Part shown: piece by piece, positions 7,302-18,852 of the stretch
Position numbering within the stretch: position 1 is the stretch's first letter
Layout: every line of letters begins with the position of its first letter
DNA from: Candidatus Oleincola secundus
GTDB taxonomy: Bacteria > Atribacterota > Phoenicimicrobiia > Phoenicimicrobiales > Stramentimicrobiaceae
DNA: 19,245 nt
NCBI GenBank assembly: GCA_018400815.1
Contig: JAGYLS010000031.1
Location: 1 to 19,245 of the forward strand
Reading direction: 5' to 3'
Position numbers and translations under genes: made by a program
Notes under the pieces: generated by a model
What the model saw: only the letters and a program-made list of their open reading frames with translations
What the model was told of the DNA's origin: nothing
The model's database searches: none

Positions 7302-9305
7302 ATCGAACAATTAAAAAGTATTATCGGAAAACAGCGGGTTGTTATTGAAAATGTACAACCTGAAATTAATCACGGAAATTTTGCCATTAAAAGAATTGCC
7401 GGTGAAAGCATAAAAGTTACCGCTGATATCTATGCTGATGGTCATGACCAAATTTTGGCAAACCTGCTTTTTCGTAAACAGGGCGAACAAAACTGGGAAA
7501 AATCAACTATGAAATTTATTGTCAATGACCTATGGCAGGGAGAATTTTCAGTTAACCAAGCTGGCATCTATGAATATACTCTGGAAGCAATGGTAGACCA
7601 CCTCTCGAGCTGGTGGAAAGACATTCAAAAGAAAGCAGAGAGCGGTAGCAATATTATTGTTGATCTTAAAAGTGGTATTTCTATCCTGGCTAAATCCATT
7701 CCAAAAATCGAAGAACTGGATAAAAAAGCAGCAATTCAGCATCTTGTTGGCCTGATTCAAAAGGGAGAACCACAAGAACTTTTAATAAAAAAATTGCAAA
7801 AAGAGTTAGATAGTGAATTTCTGCAGAAATACCCGGTACAAAACCATATTACTCGTTATACTAATATTTTAAAAGTAAATGTTGAGAGAAAAAGAGCCGG
7901 CTTTAGTGCCTGGTATGAAATTTTCCCTCGTTCCTGTTCTACTGAACCTGGTAAACATGGCACTTTTCGTGATTGCCTGAAAAGAATACCGGAAATTGCC
8001 CGGATGGGATTTAATGTTCTATATTTTCCACCGATACATCCCATCGGAATCACTCACCGTAAGGGGAAAAATAATTCTGTTATTGCAGGCAAAGAAGATC
8101 CAGGCAGTCCCTGGGCAATAGGAAATGATACAGGTGGACATATGGCTATTCATCCAAAATTAGGTAGTTTTGCTGATTTTCAAAAAGTTCTTAAAAAAGC
8201 TAATGAACATGGAATGGAATTAGCCTTGGATCTTGCTTTTCAATGTTCACCGGATCATCCATATATAAGACAGCATCCGGAATGGTTCCGCTGGAGAGTG
8301 GACGGAACGATTCAATATGCAGAAAATCCGCCTAAAAAATATGAAGACATCGTCCCTTTCAATTTTGAAACAGAACAATGGCAAAGTCTATGGGAAGAAT
8401 TAAAAAATATTGTTATTTTCTGGATTGAACAAGGGATTAAAATTTTTAGAGTAGATAACCCACATACCAAGCCTTTTCTTTTTTGGGAATGGTTGATTAA
8501 GCTAATAAAAGAAGATTATCCTGAAGTTATATTTTTGGCAGAAGCATTTACCAGACCTAAAGTTATGTATCGATTGGCTAAACTTGGCTTTACCCAATCT
8601 TATACCTATTTTACCTGGCGAAATACTAAACAGGAATTAACTGAATATTTGATAGAAATTACTCAGAGTCAGGTTAAAGATTTTTTTCGCCCTAATTTTT
8701 GGCCTAATACACCCGATATTCTATCTGAATATTTACAAGCTGACAGTCAGCCAGCATTTATAATCAGATTTATACTGGCGTCAACATTATCATCCAATTA
8801 CGGTATTTATGGCCCACCTTATGAAAGGTTTATTAATAAAGCAGTTCCGGGGAAAGAAGAATATGATGATTCGGAAAAGTATGCTATTAAAAATTGGCTA
8901 CCGGGAGAAGCAAAAGATAGTAATCGAAAACTCATGACTGCTATTAATCGAATCAGAGAAGAAAATCCGGAATTTCATAAAACAAATAATATTAGATTTT
9001 TACCAGTGGAAAACAGCCAAATACTCTATTATGCCAAGTTTAATGAACAAAAAACGAACGCTATCCTGATTGTTGTTAATCTGGACCCTAACTACACACA
9101 AGCCGGCTGGATAAAAGTACCACTTTATGAACTGGGAATTTCCCCTGAACAATCTTTTTTGGCTCACGATTTATTAGGTGGCGGACAATATATCTGGCAG
9201 GGTGAATATAATTATGTAGAGTTAAACCCACATATTCTACCAGCTCATATTATTAAAATTAAAAAATATTTGAAAAAAGAAAACCAATTTGATTATTTTA
9301 ACTAG
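7302..9305 (+). CDS. glgE: Alpha-1,4-glucan:maltose-1-phosphate maltosyltransferase GlgE (GH13_3)
   Basis: WYEIFPRS, GSPWAIG, QCSPDHP, YAENPPKKYEDI, FRVDNPHTKP (nucleophile), FLAEAFT, NTPDIL. The frame is open upstream of the track's TTG (7455) and encodes the conserved RVVIENVQPEI...IKR..GE...V.ADIYADGHD segment. Proposed start is ATC at 7302 behind GAAAGGA (667 aa); the exact start is uncertain. Confidence 0.95.
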   Translation: MEQLKSIIGKQRVVIENVQPEINHGNFAIKRIAGESIKVTADIYADGHDQILANLLFRKQGEQNWEKSTMKFIVNDLWQGEFSVNQAGIYEYTLEAMVDHLSSWWKDIQKKAESGSNIIVDLKSGISILAKSIPKIEELDKKAAIQHLVGLIQKGEPQELLIKKLQKELDSEFLQKYPVQNHITRYTNILKVNVERKRAGFSAWYEIFPRSCSTEPGKHGTFRDCLKRIPEIARMGFNVLYFPPIHPIGITHRKGKNNSVIAGKEDPGSPWAIGNDTGGHMAIHPKLGSFADFQKVLKKANEHGMELALDLAFQCSPDHPYIRQHPEWFRWRVDGTIQYAENPPKKYEDIVPFNFETEQWQSLWEELKNIVIFWIEQGIKIFRVDNPHTKPFLFWEWLIKLIKEDYPEVIFLAEAFTRPKVMYRLAKLGFTQSYTYFTWRNTKQELTEYLIEITQSQVKDFFRPNFWPNTPDILSEYLQADSQPAFIIRFILASTLSSNYGIYGPPYERFINKAVPGKEEYDDSEKYAIKNWLPGEAKDSNRKLMTAINRIREENPEFHKTNNIRFLPVENSQILYYAKFNEQKTNAILIVVNLDPNYTQAGWIKVPLYELGISPEQSFLAHDLLGGGQYIWQGEYNYVELNPHILPAHIIKIKKYLKKENQFDYFN

Positions 9306-9315
9306 GAGGAAATAG

Positions 9316-12300
9316 ATGATAAGCCAGGATGATTTCACAGAAAATCCATTATGGTATAAGGATGCTATTATTTATGAACTTCACGTCAAGACTTTTTATG
9401 ATAAAAGCGGTGATGGAATTGGAGATTTCAGAGGTTTGGCCGAAAAACTTGATTACCTGGAAAATCTGGGTGTTAATACTATCTGGCTATTGCCTTTTTT
9501 CCCTTCTCCTCTAAAAGATGACGGGTATGATATATCTGATTATTATAGTATTCATACTCATTATGGAAATATGCGTCATTTTAAACACTTCTTAAGAGAA
9601 GCTCATAAACGGGAAATGAAGGTTATTATTGAATTGGTTCTTAACCATACTTCAGATCAACATCACTGGTTCCAAAGGGCTCGAAAAAAGAATGCCCCCA
9701 AGAAATGGAGAGATTTTTATGTCTGGAGTGATAACCCGGACAAATATCAGGATGCCCGAATCATTTTTCAGGATTTTGAAACCTCCAATTGGACCAGAGA
9801 TCCTGAAAATGAAAAATATTTCTGGCATCGTTTCTATTCCCATCAGCCAGATCTGAACTACGATAATCCTGAAGTTCAAAAAGCTATCCTCAATGTAATT
9901 GATTTCTGGATGAAGATGGGTGTAGACGGAATGCGCCTGGATGCCGTCCCTTACCTTTTTGAACGGGAAGAAACCAACTGTGAAAATTTGCCTGAATCAC
10001 TGGAATTTCTAAAAAAATTACGTGCACATGTAGACAGGCATTATGAAAATCGCATGATTCTGGCTGAAGCTAATCAGTGGCCTGAGGATGCCATACGTTA
10101 CTTTGGTAACGGGGATGCCTGTCATATGGCCTTTCACTTCCCTCTGATGCCCCGCATGTTTATGGCTTTAAGGATGGAAGATCGTTTCCCTATTATTGAT
10201 ATTTTAGAACAAACACCGGCTATTCCGGACAACTGTCAATGGTCTCTATTCTTAAGGAATCATGACGAATTAACTCTAGAAATGGTTACTGATGAAGAAC
10301 GAGATTATATGTATCGAGTCTATGCCAGAGATACCTCTGCCCGAATTAATTTAGGCATACGAAGACGTTTGGCACCACTATTGGAAAATCAGCGCAGAAA
10401 AATGGAAATCATGAAGATATTACTTTTTTCTCTTCCTGGTACACCTACCATTTATTATGGTGATGAGATAGGTATGGGAGATAATCATTTTTTAGGAGAT
10501 CGGGATGGGGTCAGAACACCTATGCAATGGAGTGCCGACCGAAATGCTGGATTTTCCCGTGCTAATCCCCAGAAACTCTATCTGCCGGTTATTATTGATC
10601 CGGCTTATCATTACGAAACTATAAATGTAGAAATTCAAGAACAGAACCAAACCTCATTTTTTTGGTGGATGAAGAGAGTTATCAATATGCGTAAAAATTA
10701 CAAAGCCTTTGGAAGAGGCAGTATAGAATTTTTACAGCCTGATAACCCCAAGATTTTGGCTTTTATCCGGGAATACGAAGGTGAAACTATCCTGGTAGTC
10801 ATAAATCTTTCTCGCTTTTCTCAAGTAACAGAACTGGACTTATCCCGTTATGCGGGATACCATCCAATTGAAATGTTTAGCAAAAATCAGTTCCCAAGTA
10901 TTCAAGAAAAACCCTATGTTATGACTATGGGATTCTATGATTATTTTTGGTTTATTTTACAGAAAGAAGAAGATGTTAGCGAGAAAACCAGTCGGCAAAT
11001 CCCAATAATTAAATCTAAAAAAGAATGGATACATCTTTTTGACAATAGAACCAGGGTAAAAATTGAAAATCAAATACTACCTAGATTTTTAAAAGAACAA
11101 AGGTGGTTTGGCGGTAAATCTCAAAAAATATTAAAAATTAATGTAACAGAAGCAATGCCTGTTAAAAACAACAATAGTTTTACTTTACTGCTTATTCTAA
11201 AAGTTAGCTATGCTTCTGCCACTGAAGAATATTATCATCTTCCGCTATCTTTTTTAGAAATAGAACAGGCAAACATATTGTTACAGGAAAAGCCTAATTC
11301 TGTTCTTCTTCAATATCAATCTCCAGAGACTGAAGGAATAATCTATGATTCAGTTTTAGATGAAGATTTCCACCAAACTCTTATTCATCTAGTTGCCAGA
11401 AGAAGGGTTATTAGAACAAACGGGGGGAAATTAAAAGCATATCCTGGCAAATGTTTTAAAAATATACGCAAAAACCTGAATTTGATCGAACATTCTAATC
11501 CTTTGAATACTGAACAAAGCAATACTTCAATTCTATATGACCATCAACTTATCTTTAAATTATTCCGTAAACTGGATGAGGGCATGAATCCTGATTTAGA
11601 AATTGTCAGGTACATTACAGAAAAAACAGATTATAAGAATGTTCCATCTTTTGCGGGAGCACTTGAGTACCAAAAGAAAGATGGCTCTCTGGTTACACTT
11701 GGTATTTTATATCCCTTTGTACAAAGCGAAGGAAATGCCTGGGATTATTCTCAGGATTACCTGGTTCGATATTATGAAAGAGTCCTTTCTAAAATAACCC
11801 AGATAGAGAAATATCCTTCTCTACCATCATCTTTTTTCGAAAAACCCGAACAGGATATTCCGGAAATCATGTCAGAATTGATTGGTGCACCTTTTTTAGA
11901 AATGTCTCATCTGCTTGGTAAAAGAACAGCCGAGTTACATCAAGCCCTGGCACGTCCTACTCAGGACCATAACTTTAAGACTGAATCTTATTCCTTACTT
12001 TATCAGCGTTCTATCTATCAATCAATTCAAAGCCTGGTCAAAAAAGTATTCCTGTCCTTACGTAAAAATAGTAGCCACTGTCCCAATGCTATCCAGGATG
12101 ACTTAAAGGAAGTACTTTCTTTGGAATCCAGCATTATTAGTCATTGCAGAAAAGTTTTAGCTAAAAAAATTAAAGCTAAAAAAATAAGGGTACATGGGGA
12201 TTATCACTTAGGCCAAGTTTTGTATACCGGAAATGATTTTTATATTATTGATTTTGAGGGAGAACCAGCCAGGCCTTTGGGTGAAAGAAGGCTGAAACGT

Positions 12301-12651
12301 TCACCATTGAAGGATGTAGCAGGTATGCTCCGCTCTTTCCATTATGCTGCATTTTCTCCTTTAATCCAAGAAAAAATTGCCGGAGAATATGAAGAGTTGG
12401 AACACTGGGCAAAATTGTGGACTTACTATGTCAGCAAAACTTTTCTTAATACTTATCTGGAACACATTAATTCTTCGGCTATTATTCCTGAGGATAGGAC
12501 AGAAATAAGTAAATTACTTAGTATTTATCTGCTGGAAAAAGCGGTATATGAAGTAGGCTATGAGATAAATAATCGGCCTGATTGGCTGGCTATTCCTTTA
12601 AAAGGAATTCTTTATGAGATAGGAGCAATTAATGATGAAAAAAAAGAATAA
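9316..12651 (+). CDS. treS: Trehalose synthase (maltose alpha-D-glucosyltransferase) fused to maltokinase (TreS-Mak/Pep2)
   Basis: N-terminal ~550 aa GH13_16: [48 protein letters not shown]-terminal maltokinase: [57 protein letters not shown] overlaps the glgE stop. Confidence 0.96.
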   Translation: MISQDDFTENPLWYKDAIIYELHVKTFYDKSGDGIGDFRGLAEKLDYLENLGVNTIWLLPFFPSPLKDDGYDISDYYSIHTHYGNMRHFKHFLREAHKREMKVIIELVLNHTSDQHHWFQRARKKNAPKKWRDFYVWSDNPDKYQDARIIFQDFETSNWTRDPENEKYFWHRFYSHQPDLNYDNPEVQKAILNVIDFWMKMGVDGMRLDAVPYLFEREETNCENLPESLEFLKKLRAHVDRHYENRMILAEANQWPEDAIRYFGNGDACHMAFHFPLMPRMFMALRMEDRFPIIDILEQTPAIPDNCQWSLFLRNHDELTLEMVTDEERDYMYRVYARDTSARINLGIRRRLAPLLENQRRKMEIMKILLFSLPGTPTIYYGDEIGMGDNHFLGDRDGVRTPMQWSADRNAGFSRANPQKLYLPVIIDPAYHYETINVEIQEQNQTSFFWWMKRVINMRKNYKAFGRGSIEFLQPDNPKILAFIREYEGETILVVINLSRFSQVTELDLSRYAGYHPIEMFSKNQFPSIQEKPYVMTMGFYDYFWFILQKEEDVSEKTSRQIPIIKSKKEWIHLFDNRTRVKIENQILPRFLKEQRWFGGKSQKILKINVTEAMPVKNNNSFTLLLILKVSYASATEEYYHLPLSFLEIEQANILLQEKPNSVLLQYQSPETEGIIYDSVLDEDFHQTLIHLVARRRVIRTNGGKLKAYPGKCFKNIRKNLNLIEHSNPLNTEQSNTSILYDHQLIFKLFRKLDEGMNPDLEIVRYITEKTDYKNVPSFAGALEYQKKDGSLVTLGILYPFVQSEGNAWDYSQDYLVRYYERVLSKITQIEKYPSLPSSFFEKPEQDIPEIMSELIGAPFLEMSHLLGKRTAELHQALARPTQDHNFKTESYSLLYQRSIYQSIQSLVKKVFLSLRKNSSHCPNAIQDDLKEVLSLESSIISHCRKVLAKKIKAKKIRVHGDYHLGQVLYTGNDFYIIDFEGEPARPLGERRLKRSPLKDVAGMLRSFHYAAFSPLIQEKIAGEYEELEHWAKLWTYYVSKTFLNTYLEHINSSAIIPEDRTEISKLLSIYLLEKAVYEVGYEINNRPDWLAIPLKGILYEIGAINDEKKE

Positions 12652-14563
12652 GATGCTGCAGACAAATTCTATATTGAGTAAAGATGATGTTTTTCTTTTT
12701 AACGAAGGAACACATTACCAATTATATCGACATCTGGGAGTACATCCTGGGGTCATTAATGACAAAAACGGATTTCATTTTGCTGTCTGGGCTCCTAATG
12801 CCGAATTTGTTTCAGTTATTGGTGATTTTAATGATTGGAAACCGGGTAGTCATAAGTTAAAACAAATTCATGCCGGTAGCGGTATCTGGGAAGGTTTTAT
12901 TACCAACCTGGAAAAAGGCGAAAAATATAAATATCATATTCAGTCAAGATATCAAAAATATGCTGTAGATAAAAGGGATCCTTATGCTTTTTATGGAGAA
13001 AAACCACCATTTACTGCCTCTGTAATATGGGATTTAAATTATCAATGGCAGGACCAGACCTGGATGGAAGAAAGAAAAGAAAAAAACCGATTAAATCAGC
13101 CCTTTTCTGTTTATGAAGTACATATCGGTTCCTGGCAGAGAAAACTTCAGCCAGAAAATGATTTTCTCAATTATCGGGAATTTGCCACAGAATTAGCCCA
13201 ATATTGTAACAAAAACGGTTTTACCCATATAGAGCTATTACCGGTGATGGAGCACCCCTTCTACGGTTCATGGGGCTATCAGACAGTAGGTTACTTTTCT
13301 CCCACCAGTCGTTATGGAACACCACAGGATTTCATGTATTTTGTCGACTACCTTCATCAACAGGGTATTGGTGTGATCCTGGATTGGGTTCCTTCTCATT
13401 TTCCGGGAGATGAACACGGTTTAGTTTATTTTGACGGTACCCATCTCTACGAACATGCCGATCCAAAACAAGGGTTTCACCCCGACTGGAAAAGTTACAT
13501 TTTTAATTATAGCAGAAAAGAAGTTCAGTCATTTTTAATTAGCAGTGCCCTATTCTGGCTGGATTATTATCATGTTGACGGTTTACGAGTTGACGCTGTT
13601 GCCTCTATGCTTTACCTGGATTATTCCCGCAAAGAAGGAGAATGGGTTCCAAATCGTTTCGGGGGTAGGGAGAATTTAGATGCTATTGCCTTTATTAAAA
13701 AACTAAATGAAACTTCTTATTCTTATTTCCCGGATATTCAAATGATTGCCGAGGAATCCACTGCCTGGCCTATGGTTTCCAGGCCTATTTATTTAGGAGG
13801 ACTCGGTTTTGGCATGAAATGGAATATGGGTTGGATGCATGATACCCTGTCTTATTTTGCCAGAGATCCGATATATCGTAAATATCACCATCATGAACTT
13901 ACCTTTAGTCTTTTATATGCATTCAACGAAAACTTTATATTGTCTCTTTCCCATGATGAAGTAACTCATGGTAAAAAATCACTGTTGGAAAAGATGCCCG
14001 GCGATGATTGGCAAAAATTTGCTAATTTACGTTTATTATTCGGTTATATGTTTGCCCATCCGGGTAAAAAGCTATTCTTTATGGGAAATGAATTTGGTCA
14101 AAGACAGGAATGGCAGCATGATTATTCTCTTGACTGGCATTTACTTAAATTTCCTTATCATGATGGAATGTTAAAATGGGTCAAAGATCTTAACCATATC
14201 TATACAGAAGAAAAAGCGTTGCATGAAATAGACTTTGATAGTTCAGGTTTCCAATGGATAGAAAACAACGACTGGAGCCACAGTGTACTGGTTTTTTTAA
14301 GAAAGAGTAAAAACGAAAAAGAAAGAATACTGATTGTTTGTAATTTTATACCAACAACCTACTATAATTACCGAATTGGTGTACCCGATAATGGTATCTG
14401 GCAAGAATTTCTCAATAGCGATGTTTCTCTTTACGGGGGAAGCGGGCAAGGAAACATGGGAAAAGTCGAAGCTGTTCCGGTCCCTATGCATGGTTATGAT
14501 TTTTCAATCAATATTACTATTCCGCCCCTTGGTATTCTTTTTTTAAAAAAGCAGGTAGAATAA
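12632..14563 (+). CDS. glgB: 1,4-alpha-glucan branching enzyme GlgB (GH13_9, short N-terminus form)
   Basis: [84 protein letters not shown]; overlaps treS by 20 nt. Confidence 0.97.
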   Translation: MMKKKNKMLQTNSILSKDDVFLFNEGTHYQLYRHLGVHPGVINDKNGFHFAVWAPNAEFVSVIGDFNDWKPGSHKLKQIHAGSGIWEGFITNLEKGEKYKYHIQSRYQKYAVDKRDPYAFYGEKPPFTASVIWDLNYQWQDQTWMEERKEKNRLNQPFSVYEVHIGSWQRKLQPENDFLNYREFATELAQYCNKNGFTHIELLPVMEHPFYGSWGYQTVGYFSPTSRYGTPQDFMYFVDYLHQQGIGVILDWVPSHFPGDEHGLVYFDGTHLYEHADPKQGFHPDWKSYIFNYSRKEVQSFLISSALFWLDYYHVDGLRVDAVASMLYLDYSRKEGEWVPNRFGGRENLDAIAFIKKLNETSYSYFPDIQMIAEESTAWPMVSRPIYLGGLGFGMKWNMGWMHDTLSYFARDPIYRKYHHHELTFSLLYAFNENFILSLSHDEVTHGKKSLLEKMPGDDWQKFANLRLLFGYMFAHPGKKLFFMGNEFGQRQEWQHDYSLDWHLLKFPYHDGMLKWVKDLNHIYTEEKALHEIDFDSSGFQWIENNDWSHSVLVFLRKSKNEKERILIVCNFIPTTYYNYRIGVPDNGIWQEFLNSDVSLYGGSGQGNMGKVEAVPVPMHGYDFSINITIPPLGILFLKKQVE

Positions 14564-14564
14564 T

Positions 14565-16436
14565 ATGATAATCGGTTCAGATTACCTTAATTGTAAGAAA
14601 ACCAGTTTTTCTCTTTGGGCACCTTTTAGAAATAAGGTAACTGTTCATATAGTTTCTCCAGATGAGCAAATGATAGAATTAAAACCTGACAAAAAAGAAG
14701 GTTATTGGTCTTCAAAAATCAGTGGAATTTATCCGGGTTATCAATATACCTATCAACTTGATTCAAAAGCAGAATTCCCAGATCCTGCCTCACAATTTCA
14801 ACCGAAAGGAATATACGGACCCTCTGAAATAGTTAATCATTCTTTCCCCTGGGATGATCAAAACTGGCCGGGAATAGAATTATCAGATATGATAATATAT
14901 GAGCTTCATGTAGGGACATTTAGTACAGAAGGCAATTTTGATGCTATTGTCCCCAGGTTGGATGAACTAGCAAGATTGGGAATTAATACGATAGAACTCA
15001 TGCCTATAGCCCAATTTCCCGGAAAAAGAAATTGGGGTTATGATGGAGTATTCCCTTTTGCGGTACAAAATTCCTATGGTACACCTAATAGTTTAAAAAA
15101 ATTGATTAATATTTGTCACCAACATGGTTTTGCAGTTCTACTGGACGTTGTATACAATCATCTTGGCCCAGAGGGAAACTTTCTCCCTCAATTTGGTCCT
15201 TATTTTACGGAAAAATATCATTCCAACTGGGGAAAAGGAATTAACTTTGATGGACCATTCAGCAATGAAGTAAGAAATTTTTTTATTCAAAATGCCCTTT
15301 ACTGGCTAAAAAAATACCATTTTGATGGTTTACGGCTTGATGCCATCCACGGTATCTTTGATATAAGTGCAACACATATCTTATCAGAACTGTCTTTTGC
15401 AATTAAAAAACTTTCCAAAAAAAATAACAAAGTATATCATCTCATAGCAGAAAGTGATCTTAATAACAACAAAATTGTCAGAGATCGTCAAAAAGGCGGA
15501 TATCAACTGGATGCACAATGGAGTGATGATTTTCATCATTCCCTGCATGCTCTGCTTACTGGAGAAAAATCCGGTTATTATCAGGATTTTGGTAAAATCC
15601 AGGATCTGGTAAAAGCAATTAATGAAGGATTTGTTTATTCCGGACAGTATTCTTCTTTTCGCAAAAAAAATCATGGCAATAGTTCCCGATTTATCCCGAC
15701 AGACAAACTTATTGTCTATTCACAGAATCATGATCAGGTAGGAAATCGTATGCTGGGAGAACGTCTCTCTAACCTGGTATCATTGGAAAATTTAAAATTG
15801 GCAGCAGCAATAACTATTCTTTCTCCTTATATTCCTCTATTATTTATGGGTGAGGAATATGGTGAAGATTCTCCTTTTTTGTACTTTATTAACCATGAAG
15901 ACCAGAATTTGGTCCAGGCAGTCAGAGAGGGAAGGAAAAAAGAATTTGCTCAATTCCAGTGGCAGCAAGAACCTCCTGATCCACAAGATAAATCAACTTT
16001 TCAAAAAAGCAAAATCAACTGGCAAAAGAGAAAAGAAAATAATTATGCTGTTTTATTGAACTTCTATAGTCAACTGATAAAATTAAGAAAGAAGCATTCT
16101 TTGTTACGATGCCCAAGCAAAAAACAATTAACAGCATGGGGATCAGAAGAAAAGAAAGTTCTTATTCAAAAGAGAATCGGCAAAGAAGAACAATTTCTAT
16201 TAATAGCTAACTTCAACTCCCGTAAAATTAAATACAATATTAAGCAATGTAAGGACTATCCAGTATCTGATACATCAATCTGGCAGTTGGTCTTTGATTC
16301 AAGCCAAAAAAAATGGCTGGGAAAAGAAACCTCTGCCTCTGATATATTTTATGAAAAAGATGAAATAATTCTGGAACCTTCTCAATTTCTTTTATATAGA
16401 CAAAAAGGAGTCAATAATAAAAATGGAAAAGAATAA
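14565..16436 (+). CDS. treZ: Malto-oligosyltrehalose trehalohydrolase TreZ (GH13_10)
   Basis: PDPASQFQPKG, YELHVGTF, RNWGYDGV, DVVYNHLGPEGN, LRLDAIHGI, IAESD, QWSDDFHH, QNHDQVGNR, AVREGRKKEF. Confidence 0.96.
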   Translation: MIIGSDYLNCKKTSFSLWAPFRNKVTVHIVSPDEQMIELKPDKKEGYWSSKISGIYPGYQYTYQLDSKAEFPDPASQFQPKGIYGPSEIVNHSFPWDDQNWPGIELSDMIIYELHVGTFSTEGNFDAIVPRLDELARLGINTIELMPIAQFPGKRNWGYDGVFPFAVQNSYGTPNSLKKLINICHQHGFAVLLDVVYNHLGPEGNFLPQFGPYFTEKYHSNWGKGINFDGPFSNEVRNFFIQNALYWLKKYHFDGLRLDAIHGIFDISATHILSELSFAIKKLSKKNNKVYHLIAESDLNNNKIVRDRQKGGYQLDAQWSDDFHHSLHALLTGEKSGYYQDFGKIQDLVKAINEGFVYSGQYSSFRKKNHGNSSRFIPTDKLIVYSQNHDQVGNRMLGERLSNLVSLENLKLAAAITILSPYIPLLFMGEEYGEDSPFLYFINHEDQNLVQAVREGRKKEFAQFQWQQEPPDPQDKSTFQKSKINWQKRKENNYAVLLNFYSQLIKLRKKHSLLRCPSKKQLTAWGSEEKKVLIQKRIGKEEQFLLIANFNSRKIKYNIKQCKDYPVSDTSIWQLVFDSSQKKWLGKETSASDIFYEKDEIILEPSQFLLYRQKGVNNKNGKE

Positions 16437-18852
16437 ATATATCTGTATACACGGACATTTTTATCAACCCCCTCGGGAAAATCCCTGGCTGGAAGATATT
16501 GAATTACAGGACTCAGCTTATCCCTTCCATGACTGGAATGAGCGAATATCAGAAGAATGTTATAAAACCAATACTGCCTCACGTATCCTGGATGAGGAAG
16601 GTGATATTGTTCGTATTGTTAATAATTATACTAATATGAGCTTTAATTTTGGTCCAACATTACTCTCCTGGATGAAAAAGCATCAACCGGAAATTTATCA
16701 GTCAATTTTGGAAGCAGATAAAGCAAGCCAAGAGAAATTTAACGGTCATGGTTCAGCAATTGCCCAGGCCTACAATCATATGATTATGCCCCTGGCTAAT
16801 GAAAAAGACAAATATACTCAGGTATATTGGGGAATTAAAGATTTTCAGGAACGTTTCGGCCGTTATCCGGAAGGTATGTGGTTACCCGAGACAGCAGTAG
16901 ATTATGCAACATTAGAAACCCTTGCTGAACTAGGAATAAAATACACTATTCTTGCACCTCATCAGGCTGCTAAAATAAGAAAAATGGAAAAAGATTCTCC
17001 CTGGAAAGAAATTGAAAAAGACAATATTGACTTTAGACAGGTATATCTATGTCCTTTACCATCCGGAAAATCAATTAATATATTTTTCTATAACGGTGCT
17101 TTGGCCCATGAAGTCAGTTTTGGAGGACTTTTAGGTAATGGTGAAAAATTTGCCAATAGCTTAATAGCTAATTTTTCCCAGGAAAATCAAAAATCGGAAT
17201 TGGTCCATATTGCTACTGATGGGGAAACCTTCGGACATCACCACCGTTTTGGTGATATGGCTTTATCTTTCTGTTTGAATCATATTGAAAAAAATAATCT
17301 AGCCAAAATAACTAATTACGGAGAATACCTGGAATTTCATCCACCTATCTATGAAGTACAGATTGTAGATAACACCTCCTGGAGTTGTGTTCATGGAGTT
17401 GAACGCTGGCGTAATGATTGTGGATGTCACACCGGTATGAATGCCAATTGGCATCAGAAATGGAGAAAACCACTTAGAGAAGCTATGGATTGGTTGAGAG
17501 ATCAGACAATTAATCTTTTTGAAAAAGGAGCATCTGCATATTTTAAAGATGTATGGCAGGCCAGGAATGAATATATTACTATCATTCTCAATCGTAATCC
17601 GGAAAATATAGATAGTTTTCTTGATCAATTTGCCAGCCATCATCTCAACCAGGAAGAAAAAATTAAAGCTATAAAATACCTGGAAATGCAACGGAATGCC
17701 ATGCTAATGTATACCAGTTGTGGCTGGTTTTTTGATGAAATATCAGGCATAGAAACAACCCAGGTTATGCACTATGCTGCCCGCTGTATGCAATTGGCTA
17801 AAGAATTGCATGACATCGATTTAGAATCAGAATATATGGAAAAATTAAGTCAAGCTCCCAGTAATGTCCGTAAATATAAGAATGGAGCTAATATTTATGA
17901 AAAAGTGATTCAACCAGCAATAATTGACCTATTACGGGTTGGTGCACATTATGCTGTTTCAACTTTATTTAACGGTAAGCAAAAAAATATTTATTCCTAC
18001 CAAATCCTGGAAGATGAAACAGAACACAGGGAAAATGGCCAATTAAAAATAGCCATAGGACAAGCAACAATCAAATCAGAAATCACCCTGGAACAAGATA
18101 AAATAAGCTTTGCTGTTCTACATTTAGGTGATCATAATGTAAACGGTGGTGTGCGACGCTATCAAGATGAGCAAACATATCAAAAAATGGTTCAGGAGAT
18201 TAATACTGCTTTTGATCAAGCAAATATTGTCGATATCATCCGATTAATGGATAAACATTTCAAAACGAATAGTTACTCTCTCTGGTACCTGTTTAAAGAT
18301 GAACAAAGAAAAGTTATTCAAAAAATACTTCAACCTAACAAAGAAGAGGCTGAAAGAAATATTACACAAATTTACACGGATAACTATACTGTCATAAATT
18401 TTCTAAAACAACTAAATATTCCTATTCCACAATCTTTATCAGTTATTACTCAAGAGGCTATTAACCTGGAGTTAAATCAACTTTTTTCTGAGGATTCTAT
18501 AAATTTAGATAGGCTGGAAAACCTTATAGAAGAAATTCAAGATTGGTCTATCGATATTGATAAGAATACCTTGGAATTTAAAATAGAAGGATGGGTCAAT
18601 CAAGCAATAGAAAAATTATCCAAACAACACGATAATATTAATCGTATCCAAAAAATTACTGCTACATTGAGTAAACTGGAAAAAATTGATATTAATTTTT
18701 ATCCCTGGAAGGCTCAAAATATTTATTTTCAGATGAAGCAAGAATTAATACCTCCCTTCCAGGAAAAAGTTAATCAGGGAGATGAAAAAGCCAGATTATG
18801 GCTGGAAGAATTTAAAAAATTAGGGGTAATGCTCAGCGTAGGTGTATCTTAA
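16423..18852 (+). CDS. GH57-family glycoside hydrolase with DUF3536 domain
   Basis: HGHFYQPPRENPW, SFNFGPTL, QAYNH.I.PL, GMWLPETA (GH57 nucleophile Glu), ATDGETFGHH, SWSCVHGVERW, MYTSCGWFFDE. AAGGAG RBS; overlaps treZ by 14 nt. Confidence 0.9.
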   Translation: MEKNKYICIHGHFYQPPRENPWLEDIELQDSAYPFHDWNERISEECYKTNTASRILDEEGDIVRIVNNYTNMSFNFGPTLLSWMKKHQPEIYQSILEADKASQEKFNGHGSAIAQAYNHMIMPLANEKDKYTQVYWGIKDFQERFGRYPEGMWLPETAVDYATLETLAELGIKYTILAPHQAAKIRKMEKDSPWKEIEKDNIDFRQVYLCPLPSGKSINIFFYNGALAHEVSFGGLLGNGEKFANSLIANFSQENQKSELVHIATDGETFGHHHRFGDMALSFCLNHIEKNNLAKITNYGEYLEFHPPIYEVQIVDNTSWSCVHGVERWRNDCGCHTGMNANWHQKWRKPLREAMDWLRDQTINLFEKGASAYFKDVWQARNEYITIILNRNPENIDSFLDQFASHHLNQEEKIKAIKYLEMQRNAMLMYTSCGWFFDEISGIETTQVMHYAARCMQLAKELHDIDLESEYMEKLSQAPSNVRKYKNGANIYEKVIQPAIIDLLRVGAHYAVSTLFNGKQKNIYSYQILEDETEHRENGQLKIAIGQATIKSEITLEQDKISFAVLHLGDHNVNGGVRRYQDEQTYQKMVQEINTAFDQANIVDIIRLMDKHFKTNSYSLWYLFKDEQRKVIQKILQPNKEEAERNITQIYTDNYTVINFLKQLNIPIPQSLSVITQEAINLELNQLFSEDSINLDRLENLIEEIQDWSIDIDKNTLEFKIEGWVNQAIEKLSKQHDNINRIQKITATLSKLEKIDINFYPWKAQNIYFQMKQELIPPFQEKVNQGDEKARLWLEEFKKLGVMLSVGVS

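Noticed and set aside
9316..12651. TreS-maltokinase fusion as a novelty
   Set aside because: This fusion is already well known in many bacteria that carry the GlgE pathway.
7122..17691. Short alternative-frame and antisense ORFs within the alpha-glucan operon, including the 130-aa ORF 17299-17691
   Set aside because: Nested in or opposite conserved enzyme genes; no motifs, and compositions are typical of off-frame translation.
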